NCBI RefSeq assembly: GCF_002113885.1
Contig: NW_018479852.1
Coordinates: forward strand, 1 to 64,000
DNA: 64,000 nt
Source of the DNA: Mizuhopecten yessoensis
Lineage: Eukaryota
Direction: 5' to 3'
In this document: in pieces, positions 51,236-64,000 of the stretch
Layout of the letters: each line of letters opens with the position of its first letter
Numbering within the stretch: the first letter of the stretch is position 1
Made by a program: the position numbers and the translations under genes
The notes under the pieces: model-generated
Databases searched by the model: none
What the model saw: only the letters and a program-made list of their open reading frames with translations
What the model was told of the DNA's origin: nothing

Positions 51236-51889
51236 ATAAACGGAAACAGGGTAATGTTTTGATAAAACAAACTTATGGCTGTACACACTCAAACAACGCA
51301 ACACTACGTTAATCAACATTATACCACAACGTCGATCGTTAATTAACCTTTATGTAGTCCTGCTTTGTTATCAACCAAACACTTGTTGGATGAACTAGAT
51401 AGAAGAGTTCAGAATCGCCTAAACTTGATCAACATAAAAACCACCCTAAATTTGCCAATGGCGTAAAAATCCTAAATGGACAATTAATACCATTCTGAAC
51501 TCTTTTCTACGCTAAATTAAAGACGCTTTGGGTGCCCAATGAGGATACACACGATATTGTGGAGCAGTTCTACAACTACAACCATTTCTACTTTGAGTAA
51601 CTAAGGGTATTTTATTTTACAACGCACTCACCAACGCCCTATTTAAAAAATGAAATATCTAAAACATGTAGGTGATCAGATTAATATCCACGTAGTACAT
51701 CGGGAACAAGTACACCTGGAATTTAAACATGTTGCTTAAAATTATTTATTCTTTTTACCCTTTAACTTGGAGTTTGGTTTTTTCTACGTTTCAGTATTTG
51801 TTGCTCAATGTAATCGGTTTGACACAAAGCCAGGCCGCTTTTGTGAATGAGCACAATTATATATTAAAATCAATTATAATAGTAATTAA

Positions 51890-52143
51890 ATTGTTCAATG
51901 TTAAAAGTAATCCTATTGTTCCATTAAAATAGTTATCCTATTGTTCAATGTAAAAAGTAATCACATTGTTCAATGTAAATAGTATTCCCTTTGTTTAATG
52001 TCAAAAGTAATCCCATCGTTTAATGTACAAGGTAACCAAATTGTTCAATGTAAAAAGTAATCACATTGTTCAATATGAATAGCAATCCTTTTGTTCAATG
52101 TAAACAGTAATCCCATTGTTCAATATAAATAGCAATCGCGTTG
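51890..52143. repeat. Degenerate ~25-bp tandem repeat (ATTGTTCAATGTAAAAAGTAATCAC-like), ~10 units
   Basis: Read directly. Confidence 0.8.
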
Positions 52144-52878
52144 TTTTGTTTGGTCGAGCCATGAAATATACACACAAAAAGGCAAGCATAGAAAGCTAAT
52201 GTATTATTTAGCTGACATGTTTTGTTGTTTATACTTCTATTTTGTCTCGTTCACATTTAAAGACATAGAGCTTGGTTATAGACATGGGGAGCTCGTCCAT
52301 ACATAATGTATCGTTTACAAGTTGAACAATATACTTACATATGTACATATCATGTAAATCATGGCCCTAATATATACTTACTTTATACTACGGGAATTGT
52401 TCTTAAGCAAACGATATACTTTGCTATATGACTAGTTTTGTTTGTTTGACTCCCGAGCACTTTGGTTATCGAGCAGGCGAGTATGACTTATTTACTAATA
52501 TATGTGTTATGTATGTCTGTTTAGTTTTACTAATTCAGAGGAATCACGTTTGTGCTTAGGTAAATGAAACTATCTTTGTTTGGTGACTCTGAATAGCTCA
52601 CGTACATCAGGGACGAGACCCAGTATTTCTTCATAACTAATTATTTGATTTCCATCAAACTTCACCATTTTATTTCGTAATGTACAAAGATTACTTTATT
52701 TCAACATGTTAAATAGTTTAGGGTTCCTTTAAGGGTTGTACTTCAGGTATAGGTTTGTGGGTGTAGACTACAAGTTTACGCTCAAGCTTTAGCAGTTTCA
52801 TTGTACCGGTTTGTCAACCAACTCGTCATCAGCGAGTCCAGGTATAAATCCAGTATTAACACATATTATCTAGTTTAA

Positions 52879-54448
52879 AGGGACATCCCGTTTCAAATGT
52901 CCAGTTTGACCACTTGAATTGTTCGGGAATGCCTTGTTAAAAAAGTGCCAAAACGTCATGTGACGGTTTTGAAACGATGCAGTAAACACAGGTGGTCTGA
53001 CCGAGATGCAAAGTTTCCAAAGTGGCCTTCAGTAAGGGGCCGTCAGGCAGCTGCAACCTCTTACCGGACTATGAAACCATGGAATATGATTTCACAGTCC
53101 GTGTTGAAACTTATTGAATCCTCTTAGCAGTAATTATTCATCATCAAAAGTTAATTGCACACATGCCATTACTCAAAATTAAAATGTAGAAATATGTGTT
53201 GACCTATCGGCATTATTTATAGACACCAGGAAATATCTATTACCGGAATGTGACCATAGTAAGCCATATAAGCCATCACACACAATAAACATTTCTGACA
53301 AAACCACTACATGTACATGTAGAATAAGTGTCGGATATGGAACATGTTGAGATACTTGATAGTTATATGTTTTCAATACTTTACAGAGATTAAAGCATAC
53401 TTATTAATAGACCCATTATTATGTTAAGATAACTTTTCTTTAATCAGTTCCTTTTGTCCGAAACAAAAGCCGTAGTTATCGGTTGCACGCCCCATTTTTA
53501 TAACGTAAACAAATGATTTTTTTCCCCCGTTTTCAATGCGTATTCCGATTCTATATAAAGTCGAAAATTAATTGTTTATAGACAAAGTTGTTGCATAATC
53601 ATACATTCTAAGTCAACATCATGAAAACATGAACTTTGGAAACATTACGATTAAAAAAGTCATTTTTGTTATGCGATCATATTTACTATAAGTAGGTTCT
53701 CATTCCTCAGTTATTCATCTTGAACCGTCATTTTGATATATTTAAATCTTGCATGTGAAAAAAAAATGTTTACTTCAGCAATATAATTAAATCATACCAT
53801 TTTACTGAACCGGGATTGTTGTAAATTATGTTAATCTTATAGCGCATGTTTCTCATTTGACCCCGAATACCGACAGCGGACCCCGGAGAGGACATCACAA
53901 CATATACAGTTACCCCTTGGAGGGACCCATAGCAAAATCAAACTAACCAGTCACTTTTTCCTTCCACAGGCATAAACTACGGTATATAGAAACGCAAAGT
54001 AAACGCTCTCCGATACATGCCCATAACATAACAAAATAAGTTTAATTTGTTTTCCAACTTAAACAAAGATACTAGCGAGGTTAATATTTTCAGATATTTA
54101 TTCATAACATAAACAGCATTTCTGTTGATTCCATTTCAGCTTTATACAGGCTATCCGGCACCGTACTAACTGCTAGGGCAGTTCATTTCTTCTTGAATAC
54201 TTCCCACCTGCTAAAATGTTTTCGTAACGTAATCCTTGCGCTATCTTTTGACCATTTGGCAGCTTTTCACCTCGTAGCTGACGCGGTCACGATTTTCACT
54301 CACTAACTTCCCACGGCCATTTTGTTTACAATGAAATGGTGTGCTATGCGCATGCGCTAGAAGAGGGAAATCCTTGACCAAACATTGGTCAGAAAGGTAG
54401 AAATCCTGAAAAAAACGAAAATAAAATATTCTTCGCCTTGATGTCCCT
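52879..54448. mobile_element. Kolobok-like non-autonomous DNA transposon
   Basis: TTAA|AGGGACATC ... GATGTCCCT|TTAA: TTAA target duplication with purine-starting 9-bp TIRs. Confidence 0.65.
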
Positions 54449-55422
54449 TTAAACCTTACCCTAAAAACAGGTGATAAATATGTTCAGAGTAATCATAATT
54501 TCAACTCATTTCTCACACTAATTAAACAATTTTTAATAACATGAATCTTATAATACAAATGGCAAGAAAGAATGACTTCGGTACTTCCTAATGATATAAA
54601 ATGGATGTATGTTTGATTAATAAAAACGGGATGATACACGAAATACCATTGTCTTGTCTGTACAGCATTAATTTTATTGAAGGGAGACAACTCGGTAAGA
54701 TTAATGAATAAACCAACACCAATACAAATACTAAGGGCTTTACTCTAACAGTAATTTATGTCAAGGAAATATCCCTTAGTTGTGGAACTATTACTTTCTA
54801 GAATAAAACTCTATGTACTAAGAGCAGCGCTCTTAATGAAGACGAGTGTGTTATACATATACTAAAAGACTACTATAATGGGACACCACTCGAAGAACTA
54901 AGAGCCGAACATTTTAAGTAAGATGAATGTTTATTCTAGCTAAGACAATACTTAGTCAGGCTTACCAGGTTCCTGCACTTATATTCCAACAAGGAAGCAA
55001 TGCGAGAGTCTTGTAAGCATCATAAAAAATGTCTGGTACCGGTGAAACGGAGATACCGAATCCATGCGCGCTCACCACTAACACATAAATGGTTCACAAT
55101 TGACTGAAATAGTCATAGCACTTATCACAAACTTAAACTAAAATTCCATAGAACAATGTCTATAACGTGCCTTATACAGACCTTGATGCCAAATGAGACG
55201 TTAGCAGCGGCACGCAAACAAGCAATTGCCAAGGTGAATGAATTCCCGTATATGGACGTGAACGTGAATTGCCCCCCCCCTTAAATGTTTCCTTTTTCTT
55301 TTATAATAAATAACGGCAAAATCCTTATTTTTGAAAAATATGTAATGATACAAAAAATATTAAAATATCATTAATTATTCATATATTTGAAATCAACTCA
55401 AATCAAATCAACGTGTGACTTT

Positions 55423-56085
55423 TACAGGACGGGACTATCCAGTGTGACGTTTACAGAACGGGACTGTACATTTTGTGACGATAACAGGACGGGACTGTTC
55501 ATTTTGTGACGATTACAGGACGGGACTGTTCATTTTGTGACGATTACAGGACGGGACTGTACATTTTGTGACTATTACAGGACGGGACTGTACATTTTGT
55601 GACGATTACAGGACGGGACTGTACATTGTGTGACGATAACAGGACGGGACTGTACATTTTGTGACGATTACAGGACGGGACTGTACATTTTGTGACGATT
55701 ACAGGACAGGACTGTTCACTTTGTGACGATTACAGGACGGGACTGTACATTTTGTGACGATAACAGGACGGGACTGTACATTGTGTGACTATTACAGGAC
55801 GGAACTGTTCATTTTGTGACGATTACAAGACGGGACTGTACATTGTGTGACGATAATAGGACGGGACTGTACATTTTGTGACGATAACAGGACGGGACTG
55901 TACATTCTGTGACTATTACAGGACGGGACTGTACATTCTGTGACGATTACAGGACGGGACTGTACATTGTGTGACGATAACAGGACGGAACTGTACATTA
56001 TGACAATTTCAGGACGAAACTGTACAGTGTGACAATTACAGAACAGGACTATACATTGTGATGATAACAAGACGGGACAGTACAA
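55423..56085. repeat. 31-bp minisatellite (ACAGGACGGGACTGTACATTTTGTGACGATT)n, ~21 units
   Basis: Tandem units read directly. Confidence 0.96.
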
Positions 56086-56319
56086 TCTTAATTAAACTCG
56101 GTTTGAATACTGTCATTGGTACCCCTGTACGTGCAACTTTTCAAAAGTTGGTCACCGGCATCCGTTTTACATTTTTTTACCCTTTGATCTAACTAACTTT
56201 ACTTTTAATGGAATGACGAATAACTGTCCAAATAGTTCAGATTACAGCTTGCTTCTCTCTATGCAGCTATTTTTAGCTCGCGTGCCCTGATACACTCGTG
56301 CAATATTGACAAGCAATAA

Positions 56320-56870
56320 CCCTCACACATCAAAGCCGCCAGCTTTACTAAATTATTGCATAATTTAATAATTCATTTCTGAAGATACGGTGTGTATCTT
56401 CAAATACAAATTATTAAATTATGCAAGTAGTTTAACGAACTCATATTTAGAAGTTGGTTTAAACTACTATTTTACAATAAATATCTGTATATTTTTTTGC
56501 ATTTAAATAATGAACGAGAAAGGAGTACGCGTTTTCCTGTGGCATGAAAGAAATAAGTCTCACACATCAAAGCCATCATCTTAAATCATTTATTTTGAAA
56601 GCACCGTAATTTCGGAGCTTAATGATTAAACATTGCAAGCTCATATTAGGAAGATGGCTAGAAATACTATTTTAGAATAAATATATATGACGACGTTTTT
56701 GAATTTAAATAATGAACAAGAAGGGAGTATGTATTCTCATGGGATTGGAAAAAATAACCCCCAAACACCATAGCCCCCATTTGAACTTGTTTTTTTTCTG
56801 AAAATACCGTATTTTCAGAGCTAAATTCTTAAATTTTGCAAGTATCTTAATGAGCTCATATTTAGAAAAT
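56320..56870. repeat. Old diverged tandem repeat, ~200-240-bp unit, ~2.5 copies
   Basis: Recurrent ctcacacatcaaagcc / ctcatattta.gaa / atttaaataatgaac..gaa.ggagta blocks. Confidence 0.65.
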
Positions 56871-57899
56871 TTTCAAAATTATATGTACTGTTTCAATTTA
56901 CTATAGGATTGGGCATAAATATAAAAGCTCTTTCTATATAGAAAGACAAACATTTGAAAAATATACTGCCTGTAAATTGAAGATGTAATATATTAAATTT
57001 AGGTAGATACAACGCAGGGTCGGTTTAACCAATAAGCCAGTTATATATATATATACATATAGATTGGCAGTCTAATTGGAATATCAGGATTTTGACAGGG
57101 TAGCTCAAGTGTTTGGTTAGGCACTGCAAAGTCACTGTCCCTACATACAGTGCCATATCAACCAAATACATTAGAAGTACACGAAATTAATGATACATGA
57201 TATAATACGTGGTACAATTTAGTTAGAATCTTTCAGATTTGTCAAAAGAAGCCATGACACAAGAGAGAATAAACACATTTGTTTCTATACTTAAATTCAT
57301 ATATTCCATTTGGAGGAAATTAGTATCTAATATGATTCTGTCAATTTTCATTAGATAATGAATTGAATGAAATTTGTCTTTCATCAACATATCAAGGGCA
57401 AGTTAGGAAGAAGTGACCTACATGTTCTATCAAATTACCACAAGCACAATTTGGGTTATCAGTTAGATGATCATTAGATAAGTCTGAGTTAAGTTGACTC
57501 ACATTATTCCTCAGTAGAAATGATATTATATTTAATTTCCTAGATCAACCATATTCAAAAATGTCAGTACAGTTTGATGGTTGTATATATTGCTTACAAA
57601 TCATTTCTAGAGACTTTCTATTAAGATTTTGTTTAAGCATTCGTACTATCTGAAGTTTTGTACTATTTTGTTGTCATACATGCAATTAACATGATCTGAC
57701 CATGAACCATGGGTGTTAAAAACAAAAAATAACATAACTATTAGAGAATATATAGTCTGGTTGAGCTGACTCAGGGTTATTTATTTAGATATTTATAATG
57801 ATCTGTTTTGTTTGTGTTAAATATTATACCCCATTTATCTGCCGAAGAGTCATTTTCCTAAGATTTTCCTTACGAATATCTGCAGCATGCCTACCATCA

Positions 57900-58200
57900 T
57901 TATCTATAAAAACATAAAGAGAAGCGTCATCAGCAAAACGTTTGACATCGGAGAGTGGTCATCTTCAGGGTCATTGATAGATATTAAAAATAAGAGAACC
58001 GACCATTGTGATACTCAATAAACAAGACTTAATACATCTAATCATACTCTCTGTGGCATATTAGTTAAACAACACTGAATCCAGTTAAGAAAATCCTCAG
58101 GAATTCTTCAGCTTTTCAATTTATAAATCTAGCCACTGTGCAACACCCTGTCAAACGCTTTGCTGATATCATAACATAGAATCCTGGCTTCTTTTTCTCT
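57900..58200 (-). mobile_element. Decayed CR1/L2 LINE RT fragment
   Basis: Minus strand YDISKAFDRVLHSG and DVKRFADDASLYV. Confidence 0.7.
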
Positions 58201-59228
58201 ATCATGTGATAAAAAAAAGATATTTAAAAACAATATTTTCGAGCATTTTAATAAAAAGAGATATAACAGAAATAGGTCTATAATTGCTGGGGTCACATCT
58301 TTATCCCTTGCCATAACATACTGTGGTTACCTTAAAAATAACCTTTTTAAACACATCTTAATTTTATTATTCCTTATTCTTGGAATACGTTAGTTTGCTT
58401 TGTAGATGTCAATATTGTTTCTAACGTGGCATCAATATTAACGTAGACAGTTGCAGTGTATATATACCAACTACTTTTATCACACATTTTACATTTGTAT
58501 GCCGTGTATATATACCAACTACTTTTATCACACATATTACATTTGTATACAGTATATATATGCCAATTGAAACGGACGTTTTCACGTGCCTCTGATCATA
58601 CTCATATATTCTCGTATGTTATGTTACATGCAATAAGCTTTTGTATTGAATGTACTCGTACACCTGTGTATTTATGTTATCCTATATAAATTCACCTTCG
58701 AGGTAAACATCACATGGCCATTATACTGACCACTTTTTTCCATACCTCTTTAATCTAGAACCAGCCACCTTTCAAGCTTCAACTCTATTTCTGGCCGTAT
58801 CGGCCTACTCTACGAGCAAACTCCTCCATTATTAAATGCATAAGAAAATTATCTGTCCTTCAGATCCATCTATCGTTTTCGAAAACCAAATGTTTGTATT
58901 TCTTTTTCCTTAGCCCTTCCTATCCATCTTATGTACAGTACCAAGCAACCTTAATCGATCCACCAGCCAAAGCCAGACATAATCATGTATGCTCTACAAT
59001 TATGTATCGTTTAATGTTCCATTCCAACACACTTTTTATTCTTATTACAGGTTTTAAATAATGCAAAGCTGCCTCAACATATATCGTGCTCCGCTAGGAG
59101 CGTTCAGCCAACACTGTCAATCTGTCAAGTTTAGAATATTTATTAATGTGCACGGTATATTCTGTATTAGTCTTGTGTATATTTTGTCCCATATTGATGA
59201 ATATATACCCTTTTGTATTAAAATCTAT

Positions 59229-59570
59229 ATGATGAAACTATACTTGTCAGGTGATATAGAATGTAACACTGGTCCAATAACAAATACCACAGGTTCCTTT
59301 TTAGTATTTGATATAAGTGACTTGTTAGAAAGTAATAAATATTCTTTTGTTCATCAAAATGTACAAAGTTTTAAGCAGAAGCTTGATATTCTTCATACTG
59401 AATTATTTCGTCATACAGTTTTATCCTTCAACGAGACATTGCTATCACCTGTCGATGTAGATTTCCCGATCTAAGCCTGTCTGGAGGTGGTGTTTTTGTA
59501 AACGTTATAAACTATATACCAGATTAAAAATTTCTGTACGGTACTTTTTACCACCCTCCGAGCTCTTACT
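59229..59570 (+). mobile_element. Decayed LINE ORF2 5' part: 2A-like motif plus APE endonuclease fragment
   Basis: LYLSGDIECNTGP, then SFVHQNVQS..KLDIL..EL..FNETLL, GGGV, GTFYHPP. Confidence 0.7.
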
Positions 59571-60540
59571 ACTGTACATTCTTTTCGGACCATATTGCTC
59601 AGTTGACAGATTTGGCGCATAATTCTGAAATATCCAATGATTAAGAGACATATAATGGTTGTTTAATCAAGGAAATTACAACCTATATTGACAAAAACTT
59701 TCTCTTATCGACTTCGACAATCTGAGCTGAAGCATTGAACTGTTTTTGACTTGCAGTGTTTTATTTTCTGCAACAAAATGTGGCTGCGACGGTCAGATAC
59801 CATACATACCCTAACCTTGGAGTAGGCTTTCTCTCCCTTGCTGCAAGATCTCCAAATTTTGTAAATGTCCTTTTTACATAGTTCTGGAACACGACAGCAA
59901 ATCTACAAGCATCTATATAATATAGAGCAACAAAATCAAACCCATTGTTCTACCCAGGCCTTTCCTGACTCCTCAGATCTAGGCATTCCCTGGTCTCTCT
60001 CTACATCAAAACCTCAAATACCAACTCTCAACTCTCAACTCCGACTCTAGACTCCTTCAAAAATTCTTTCTCCAGAACGTGCAGCAATTTAATCTAACTC
60101 ATAAGCTAACTTTCCCTTCATCTACCGGAACAACAATAATAGATGTACCATATGGCAATGACAGTTACCCCCGTCTGTTTATCTGGCCGCCACTAGATGG
60201 ATATCCCTATAATACTATCTTCAATTCCTAAGTTCCCTGTCGATCAATATACGGTGTTACCCAAATCGTAAGATTTGACCTCGATCTTACTTTTGAACAA
60301 ATCGCTGCTCTCTATTGATTACCACTTTATTACATGTTATTCGGTGATTTTATTCTTTATCATTAATAACTAATTATCGGCCCCCATTTTGTTACACTCC
60401 ACCAAAAAATATATAACAATCTTGAATGTAAATTCGGTATCCAGGTCGTTGTTTTGTTCTCACAATAATCTTAAGCTCCACACGTATTTAGTATATGTAA
60501 ATGTTTTGTTCCGTATACGTATCTTCAGTCGGGAGAATAG

Positions 60541-60683
60541 TTGTTCCCCTTTGCATAGATCACGTGACCTACCTTTTACTGGGTGTCACTACACTGAAGG
60601 AAATCGAAGAACTGTTTCATTAAAGGAGAGGGGCGAATCATAATTTCCAACCTAATCAGCATTTGGCTAAGATAAAGGTATGT
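60541..60683 (+). promoter_or_regulatory. Upstream module of copy 5, donor AAG|GTATGT at 60678
   Basis: TCACGTGAC at 60560; collinear with the modules of copies 3 and 4. Confidence 0.7.
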
Positions 60684-62661
60684 CCTATATATTATCAATA
60701 TGTAATTGATTTGAGATTTCTAACAACAAGGAAGGTTCTTAGTTATCTAATGTTATGTCTTCACAAACCAAAAGCACTTTAAATTAGAAATGTGTACCAA
60801 AGTTCACTAGGCCACTAATGTTTTTACAGAAAACTTTAATACTGTCTAAAGAATATGGTTACATGGGTTTCGAACGGCTGTGTATTTGATTTATATCTTT
60901 ACTTTGAGTGGATGGCTAATAAATCCTGAATCAAAATGAATTAGAGTATACTCGGAAGGAAATAACCTATATTCGTTTAAATATTTGAGTTTTACTGAAG
61001 TGTGTATCAACATAACAAATTGTTCCAGGGGTTGCACTTGATGTATACATCCACGTCAACATACGGGCATTGTGAAATGTTTCACACTAATTCAAATGAA
61101 CTGCATTTTTTAGATAAAGTACCAAAACAATACTTGGAAAGTTTAAAACGAAATTATAAAGTATTATACAAATTGCCCTCCTAAAGTAATAATAAATTTG
61201 AGTGGAGTAAATATTTAACGAATACACAATCGTAACGTCTCTTGGGGAATACAGTTTTCTTATGCGTCTCAACCAAAGAAAATAAGTTCTTAGTTGCTCA
61301 TTATCCAGGATTTTAGATAATTACATCTGTAAGTATACATTAGCTATTATGCACATTTAATAAGTCGATAGAACGATGGCGTCACAATTTTAATTTAGTC
61401 TCTGTTAAGAATTACAATTCGTACACACGGACACGACACGATTTAAATTACCAAAAATTAATATATAAATTGGTTAAAACTGCTTTTTGTTTTTAATTTT
61501 ACATATATACTAACACTGTAAGTGTATGCTAGGAAATTTTGGCCAAGTCAAACTTTCGCCCTTTTCTTATAAAATCCGAATAAGCACGACACTTTTATTT
61601 AATTATTTCGTTAAGTATGCTATAAACTAATATTTGCTGCCATGGCAAATTCGTCCTTATGAGGGAGGGGAAAGATACAGAGAATCAAATTGTGACGAAC
61701 ATTTTCTGGTAAACAGTAATTCTTTATTGTTAAAAAACAGAAAATACCATAGGATTATCCTTCAAATTTACAAGTTAATAACCTAAGATAACTCACTTTA
61801 ACGTAATAAGACTTCGAACAACCAGATCAAGACAATAACTTCTTTTGTTATTAGCAAACAAGTTAGAGAAACCAATTAGCTATAAAGTATGTTGAGTCTG
61901 CGGGATACCAATTAGGGATACACATGTTTGGATACTATTAACTTTGGACTTGTATTTCGTTATAATATCTGGGTAGAAAAGTGAGATTCGATTACAAATA
62001 CATATATTAATCTACAGTTTAATCAAAGCAATTGAGAGACTCAAGAACTGTATAGCAATAAAAAAAAATATAAACACATGTTTCTGTCAGTCATACAGAA
62101 AGTATATCAAGAGGAAAAACATTTCCAGTGAGATATCATACTGGAATTTCCTTTGGAATGTAAACTAGTATTTTTCGCCAGTGGTATTACTATAACAACA
62201 TTCAACCTATTACAATTGAGATTACATGTACATCATTTTGTGATGAGTTATATCAAACTTTATTGTCTCTCAAAGTCAATAATTAATCAAGTCATGGATC
62301 ATTTCCTTCTTACTTTCACAATTTATTCTGAAGTGTAGATACCCAAGTATTCACATTAATAACCAACACAAGTAACCAACATTGTCTATACTGAATACTT
62401 GGCATCAAGTAAGACAGTATTACATACTGCACACATACTGATAAAACGACATGGATATAAAATCACAAGGGGATTGTACACAAACGTTATCTTTAATGTT
62501 ACCGAACATTAGATAGGACTTTTTTTCAGGTGTGTGCATACTTTATATAATATCAATTTTTATTATCTTATATACATCTTTAACAGTGGTGAATAACACG
62601 ACATGGACAAGGTGTTTATGGCGACAATCAAACTCTCATACGATGTTTATGTACTTCTAAA

Positions 62662-62808
62662 TGTAACGTGCGGGCGGGCACTCATCCAACTACTGATCAC
62701 GCTCGACGTTGCTGAACTAGTGAGCGGGTCCTGGGTTATAACGCATCATTGGAAAAGCTAACTTGCCAGTAAGGCAGTATTTCCCCCTCATATACCTTAT
62801 CTGTTACA
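62662..62808. mobile_element. 147-bp solo-LTR-like insertion
   Basis: TGTAAC...GTTACA termini, 4-bp TSD TAAA (62658-62661 and 62809-62812); absent at the homologous site of copies 1 and 4 (acttctaaa|tatagac). Confidence 0.72.
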
Positions 62809-63549
62809 TAAAGATATACTTTATGTATGCTTAATAAGGTAAATATTTCTTTTCTTTAACACATGTTGTTTGCGCTTTCATTTTTGATGCCAATTATAAC
62901 ACAGCTAGACACGTTACAGCCTACTCATTCGGAATACCTTTATTTAATCCCTTTTATAGCATGGTTACAGCCTTTATGATATACTTCTTCAGAGTGCCTT
63001 CTAAGTTATTATATGATGAATATGATATCAAAAGGCCTTGACTTCTTGGGCTGATATTGGAACTCCCGGATTTTTGCCTGAGTCTTTGTTCAAGAAAGAT
63101 TGGTATTTCAGTAACCAGTATTTAAGTAATTTTAATTTTTATGACACGAACTTTAAAATCATCACCATAATGATTGTTCGGTTTCTAAAAAAACAACAGC
63201 AACAAATAAGAGTAAACCTCGTATGATAGTATAACACACCAAAATTACCGTGCATGTTTCGTACATCAGGTAACATTGTGCGATCTTACAACTGTATTTG
63301 GATACTCTTTCAATAAAACGAATTTAGTATTTAACATGGGGAATATGGAAATAGTCACTTACTGAAGCAATCACAAACTTGTACCCATTTTTTCGAGTTA
63401 TGCACATTTTTAAGTTCGGTTTTTATTTATTTATTTGTGTTATATAAAAATAGTATCAGTAACATAATATGTCCATAGTGTTATGGAAAGGGTGCTGTAG
63501 ATATATTAAATTGACTTATTGGTTTCAATTTTACAGTCCTGCTACAAGT

Positions 63550-64000
63550 ATGGCTTCAAGGAAGAAAAAAGACTACACGAAGGTGTTGTCAATTACAGAG
63601 TGTAATATCTGCCATTTTGAGTTATACGAACCTCGTCGGATAGAGTGTGGACACGTCTTCTGCCTCCATTGTCTAAGTCAACACGTAAGTTGTTCGTCTT
63701 CTTGTCCAACTTGCAAGCGACCTATGAAACCAAAATTAGGAAAGGTCGAAAACTACCCTGTTGCTATGGAAATAGTACACCTGCTGCAGTCTCTTCAAAA
63801 GGTTGCAAGTTGCGGCCATATAGCAGATGAAGAAAGTAGTACAAAAGAGGATGGAAAAGGCGAGGAAGATGCGTATCAATATGAGGTAGTTGATTCTGAC
63901 CCAGATCAGGAGGAGACTAAGACGTTACCTCAACACTCAAAGTCTGTCATGTCGAACGAAGTGTGCGATATACATGGACAAAGAGTAGTTTCTGTTTGTA
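63550..64000 (+). CDS. TRIM-NHL copy 5, N-terminal part (RING to start of B-box), truncated by the window end; not in the ORF track
   Basis: MASRKKKDYTKVLSITECNICHFELYEPRRIECGHVFCLHCL...; acceptor tttacag at 63536; no stop seen. Confidence 0.9.
   Translation, partial: MASRKKKDYTKVLSITECNICHFELYEPRRIECGHVFCLHCLSQHVSCSSSCPTCKRPMKPKLGKVENYPVAMEIVHLLQSLQKVASCGHIADEESSTKEDGKGEEDAYQYEVVDSDPDQEETKTLPQHSKSVMSNEVCDIHGQRVVSVC

Overview
AT-rich animal genomic DNA, not prokaryotic. The repeat complement (tRNA-derived SINE; CR1/L2-, RTE-X- and L1/Tx1-type LINE relics; Kolobok-like element; minisatellites) resembles a bivalve mollusc, but that assignment is inference. The window is a head-to-tail tandem array of five + strand TRIM-NHL genes (C3HC4 RING, acidic linker, one B-box2, coiled coil, long Pro/Tyr-rich linker, NHL beta-propeller) with ATGs at 1908, 17381, 32092, 48489 and 63550. 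Each complete copy has two coding exons split by a conserved phase-1 intron (..TDE G|GT..AG|G RRTG..), and copies 3, 4 and 5 have a conserved upstream promoter/non-coding exon module ending in AAG|GTATGT. Copies 1, 3 and 4 look intact (about 759, 756 and 742 aa). Copy 2 is frameshifted and has lost its upstream module. Copy 5 runs off the window, and an orphan promoter module at about 39.3 kb suggests a sixth, lost copy. The most interesting signals are: (i) an adaptor-like linker dense in YxN, acidic-Tyr and PxxPxR motifs inside a TRIM-NHL E3 ligase; (ii) ISRE-, kappaB- and E-box-like motifs in the upstream module; (iii) mosaic and exon-limited homogenisation between paralogs; (iv) several visible mutational events (58-bp perfect palindrome, minisatellite birth, templated insertion, empty versus filled LINE and LTR sites). 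N gaps and an overlap duplication show that the assembly is draft quality.
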